DNA from: Squalus acanthias
Taxonomy: Eukaryota
NCBI GenBank assembly: GCA_030390025.1
Contig: JASTWF010000036.1
Coordinates: forward strand, 1,054,001 to 1,118,000
DNA length: 64,000 bases
Direction: 5' to 3'
Position numbers and translations under genes: made by a program. Below are positions 59,531 to 64,000 of this stretch, one piece after another. Numbering within the stretch: position 1 is the stretch's first letter; each line of letters begins with the position of its first letter. Under the pieces are notes generated by a model. It was not told the DNA's origin. It searched no databases and worked only from the letters and a program-made list of their open reading frames with translations.

Positions 59531-60561
59531 AGTACACTTATGAGGAGTATCTATTGCGGGTGGGGGAGCAGGGAAGAATTGGCATCGATTATATGATATC
59601 TTGATGCAAGGACTTGGCAATGGGTTGAGTCCACAACAGGAGGGTGTCTCAAATTTGTCACTTAATTGGCAGTCAGTCTTGAATCGCACTCTGAGATCAG
59701 AGATCTTGCCTGCAGGAAGTAACACTGAAAGTTTAAGGCTGTCCCAAGGAAACTTTGTTTAAACACTTGCTTTTAAACCGTGATCTTTTTATGGTGCTGT
59801 AAAGGTAACACAGAACCATTACTCAACATTGTAGTATTGAAAGGAAGTCAATGGCCCGATCTGGGGCCTAGTTAATCAGTTAATAAATGGGGAGGTGGAA
59901 TTATGCATGAGTTTCTTACAGATGATAAAAGCTGCATTAAAAGCTGGCATTGCGAGCGCAGTCTGAATCGGGATTTCTAATTTGGCAGATTCATGAAATA
60001 TCTTGAATGTGATCCGAGAAAATCTAATCATTGCTAACGTGAAATAATTTTAAGCAAGTTTTGTGTTTGTTGGTGAATACTCACAAGCACCACATTTATG
60101 AGCCTTAGGAGCTGCTAGATAGTAAATCAAAAATACAATTCACACATCTCTTTTGAGTCATTGGAATATAACGAATGCATCAAATTTATTATCTTCGAGT
60201 TCCTAAGTAAAAACTCTCCCAAGAATAAATTTTGGGAGCATTCCCACGAGTGTTTTTCTAATGAAATCGCTTTTTAAGTGTGGCCTTTGATCAATATATT
60301 TTTCATTAATATCTTTTGCTCGTGAAGGTGCAGAATCTCAATGCTGGAGAATAGGACCGCATTTAACTGGATGAGCCCATCGAGCGCATTCAAGTCAGAA
60401 AAAGCAACAGCTTTCTTTATGGACCGTGTATGAGATGACCACTCTATTGGTCATTTGTGGGAAGGTAAGTCTCCCAGATGCTCAGTGCACAAAGAAGCTA
60501 AAGCGGCCAAGGATCCCACTCCTGATCACTTGTCCACTATTTCCTACTGGAAAGTGCACTT

Positions 60562-60720
60562 ACATAAGAACATAAGAAGTAGGAGCAGGAGTCGGCCATA
60601 CGGCCCCTCGGGCCTGCTCCGCCATTCAATAGGATCATGGCTGATCCGAACCTAGACTCACGTCCACTTCCCTGCCCGCTCCCCATAACCCTTCATTCCC
60701 TTATCAGCTAGGAAACTGTC
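60562..60720 (-). mobile_element. CR1 3' end related to the young subfamily but with a single 3'UTR module
   Basis: Shares gatccgaacctagactca and ctaggaaactgtc with 4922-5000, but joins directly to the canonical tail. Confidence 0.8.
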
Positions 60721-62004
60721 TTGTGGGGAAAGGTTTGTGTTTGACTGCGATGCTTCCCATTTCCCCATCAGTTGATATAAGGCTCAAAGCTGGCAGGAGA
60801 CACAGATCTCTGGCTTTCAGGTAATCATTTCCCGATCGTTCTTTCGCCCTTATTTCTTTTATTACCTGTTTTTAAAATAGTTGCTTTGCAGAAGAATTAG
60901 AGGAGCCAAGCAAAATCCTGCTTGCACCAAGTCATTAGCTATTGACGTCTTATTTTAGAGAGGATTGTGACATCTGCCTGTCACAGACTCTGAAAGGAAA
61001 TAACTTGCATTTATACCGCACTTTACTAAATCACTCAGAACATCCCCAAGCACTTCGCACACAATGAACTGCGGTCACTGTTGTTATGTAGGCATATGCA
61101 GCAGCCATTTTGAATACAGCAGGGCCCCACGACAGCAATGAATGGTGAATTTTGGTTGAGGGAGGAAATGTTGACCTGTGAACTTACGACCCTCCTCAAA
61201 ACTGACCTCTCTACCAAGCACCTTCCTAATTTCTCCTTCTTTGGCTTTTCCCCTCATGTCTCTGTGAAGCTTTGTAATGATTTTCCGCCGCTATTTGGAT
61301 ACAAGATGGTGGTGGTGGTATCTCAATCAGGCCCAATCTAATCTTCCCTGAGACTTACTTTCAAGGAGGGATTGGCTGACTTTCCACCCCCCCAACAAAC
61401 TTGGCACAGACTAGAGTTTGAATTGGGAACCTTGTTTAGTAACACACTGGATGGTGCATTTACCCACCCAGTCATTGCAGGAACTGAAGGTTCACACATC
61501 TGCAGAGCAATGTTAATTGTATGATCCGCATTTAGCATTGATATTTTTTCAAAGCTGGTGCAGTTACACAGGTGGTTAATGTGATAAATGTATGATTCAT
61601 ACTCATTTAATATTCAACCTGGCCATTTAGTGCACCTCTCTTTAATTCCAATCCCTATTTCATTAATATTGAGGCAGTAATAAATATCGACAGTGGTGAA
61701 TTGGTACTAATTAATATCTGCCTAATTTATTATTTTAAATTGACTAAATATAATACGTAAGTTAGAATTTTGCTTTGCCTGTATGGGTTGGAACCAATTT
61801 CTGGAATAATCAATATTTTTTAAACGAACTTTCAGCAGGAAAGGTTCAATGACATTTGACACCAAAATATGAAATATGAAACCTCTAAGACAAAAAAACA
61901 GCCCTTCCAATGTACCTATCCAGTGTGAAGCATGTAGAGTGACTGTGATGTTACCCCTGGCTGTTACCTATTTTTAATCAATTGAGAAATCTGCATTTTT
62001 AAAA

Positions 62005-62216
62005 TTTGTTCTGGGAATGTGGGCGTCGCTGGCAAGGCCAGCATTTATTGCGCATCCCTAATTGCCCTCGAGAAGGTGGTGGTGAGCCGCCTTCTTGACC
62101 CGCTGCAGTCCGTGTGGTGAAGGTGCTCCCACAGTGCTGTTAGGGAGGGAGTTCCAGGATTTTGACCCAGCGACGATGAAGGAAGGGCCGACATATTTCC
62201 AAGTCAGGATGGTGTG
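62005..62216 (-). mobile_element. Crack/L2-group LINE 3' end
   Basis: Matches 9470-9685. Confidence 0.85.
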
Positions 62217-62482
62217 AAAGGCCAAGGCCCTGAGTACAAGTCACCACCAGGGTTGGAAAGAGTAGAATGAGCAGATGAGGTAAATTGGGAAGTCCTGACT
62301 AGATGACGCCAAGCTGGAGTTTAAAAAACTTATAGATTGTAGGAGGGAGGGAAGACTGAGGGAAATGAAGTGTTCCACAGTTTTGTAGTCCTGGGAAAGA
62401 ATGAGTTTGAGTCAGAGATGATCTCAACACAGCGAGGAAGTCCTACAGGAGTAACTGCACCATTACTCTGTCAGTGGAACCC

Positions 62483-62655
62483 AGAGAAAGCTGGAAACAC
62501 AGAGCAGTCAGCATCTGAAAAAAGAACAGATGGGCTGATGATATGAATTCATGACCCTTCCTCGGTGCTCTGGGTGTTACATCTGATACATTAATTTATC
62601 TGTTCTCTTTACAGATGCTGACTGATCCTGCTGTGCGTTTCCAGCATTTTCTATT
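62483..62655. mobile_element. Inverted pair of degenerate PLE pLTR ends (hairpin element)
   Basis: gctggaaac..cagtcagcatctg..agaacagat vs atctgttct..cagatgctgactg..gtttccagc; arms resemble 34210-34290. Confidence 0.55.
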
Positions 62656-62689
62656 TCTATTTCAGATGTGCAGTTTTCTTAATTACTCC

Positions 62690-63050
62690 ATCCATGGGCC
62701 AGTAGATAAAAACCGGCTGGTTTGATGCTGAGAGCCACACTGACCAGGGAGGTTAGGTTTGAGTTAGCTCATCTCAGCCAGTAGGGGGAGCTGCAGTTGG
62801 TTCTGAGCTAGATCAGGAAGGAGTAAGAAGAGAAGAGGGAGGAGAAAGATGAACCCGGATTCCTGCTCCTGATCACTGCCCAGTGACTTCCTCTTGGAAA
62901 GCACGTGAGTGAATGTCGGGAAGGAACAGGATCGGGCTGGGTTGGGATAGCGCCTCTTTTTCTTCCCGCCCCTGCCCCACTTGGTCGAAGCTACCAACAG
63001 TCAGTGCCTGGACTCACACACAAAGGATGGCCTCGTCGATGAGATTTCAG
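62690..63050 (+). mobile_element. Old SINE, AmnSINE2-like
   Basis: gagccacactgaccagg..tgagttagctcatctcagc..ttcctgctcctgatcactgcccagtgac..acaggatcgggct..ctcacaca. Confidence 0.6.
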
Positions 63051-63599
63051 CAGGTCTGACTTATTCCATCACTGTCTGAGGGTGTCCCACAGCAAGTCTT
63101 GCCTCTTCCAATAGTCTGTATGGGAGGGCAATGCAGTGAATTATACAAGGACAACTGAAGCAAGTTATATTGCAAATGAATACCTTCTGATTTCTTATTC
63201 AATGCAATAGCCTTATCCTGAATTCTTGAATAACATCTCTGAAACTTTTACATACTCTGGGATGGACATCCTTTCCATCCCTGTTGGGACGTTTTATTTT
63301 TAATATTTATTTTTGAAGTTGGAATGCTGTTTAAGAACTTCCTGTACTGTTTGACAGAGCAGTTCACGCGAACTCAATCCACACACAAACTGGCACCATA
63401 CCCAATAAAATACATCTAACCTCCTTTCATTGTTAATAAGAAATGGCCAGGTTGAGAAAAGGCCCGTCGGATCCCAGCCCGCTCATATGGCGTCCAGCTG
63501 CCGATGATTCAGCCTCAATACCCCACCACATTTATCACTCGCTGAGTGAACGAGTTCTCCCTGATAGCTTATTTTAAGACTGTTTCTCGCCAATTGAAA

Positions 63600-63780
63600 T
63601 GCATGTCCTCTGCTACTTTCCTGTCTTATCGTGAAATACTGTTCAGGGTTTACCTATTTATGCCATTCTGTACTTTATATACTTCAGTGAGGTTCTCCCC
63701 TTTTATCTGCCTTCTTTCTACGCTGTAGAGCTGAAGCAGCTAACCTTTCCTCATAGATCATCCCCTTTTATGCCTGGGGG
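63600..63780 (-). mobile_element. Old degenerate CR1 fragment
   Basis: Reverse strand ccaggcataaaagggga..tatgaggaaagg..gaagtatataaagt resembles the CR1 PG...YEERL...EVYK region. Confidence 0.5.
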
Positions 63781-64000
63781 AAAAAACCAACATATTCCTG
63801 ATCTCTGCCGAAACTGCATTAAATTGAAGGTCTGAGCTTCGATCCCAGTTTAATGCCTTTTTGTTTTTGCTTGCCAATTTTCGATGTTCCTTCCCCGAAG
63901 GTGGTGACTGGTGCTGAGATTCAATTCCACAGGTCCCAGTAGCCCTTCAGTACCTCACCCAAGTGGCCATTCTTGCACGAGCCTGGATAGTTGGTGTGTA

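Overview
Eukaryotic, repeat-dense vertebrate DNA that looks intronic or intergenic. The repeat repertoire (CR1/HER1-type LINEs, L2, a Crack/L2-group LINE, Deu-domain and Meta-like tRNA SINEs, Neptune-type Penelope-like elements, GC-rich Harbinger MITEs) suggests a cartilaginous fish; this taxon call is an inference. No host gene is identified with confidence; there is one candidate + strand exon at 15787-16018. The most structured object is a young Penelope-like element (PLE) at 29104-33437. It has an open RT/GIY-YIG frame, a 12-bp TSD and ~130-bp inverted pseudo-LTR ends, each carrying a minimal hammerhead ribozyme (HHR) fold, so there is one on each strand. A young CR1 is inserted in its endonuclease. 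Four further PLE pLTR pieces from two families carry the same hammerhead architecture with compensatory stem-I changes. Two of them landed ~25 bp apart in the same part of CR1 ORF2, with 11- and 13-bp TSDs. The window also holds a Harbinger system: a 2.9-kb TIR element with a decayed HARBI1-like transposase, a second transposase remnant, and MITEs with 3-bp TSDs, two of which carry perfect hairpins built from 5' splice-site consensus. Family names are recalled from known consensus features, not from database searches, and many boundaries are approximate.
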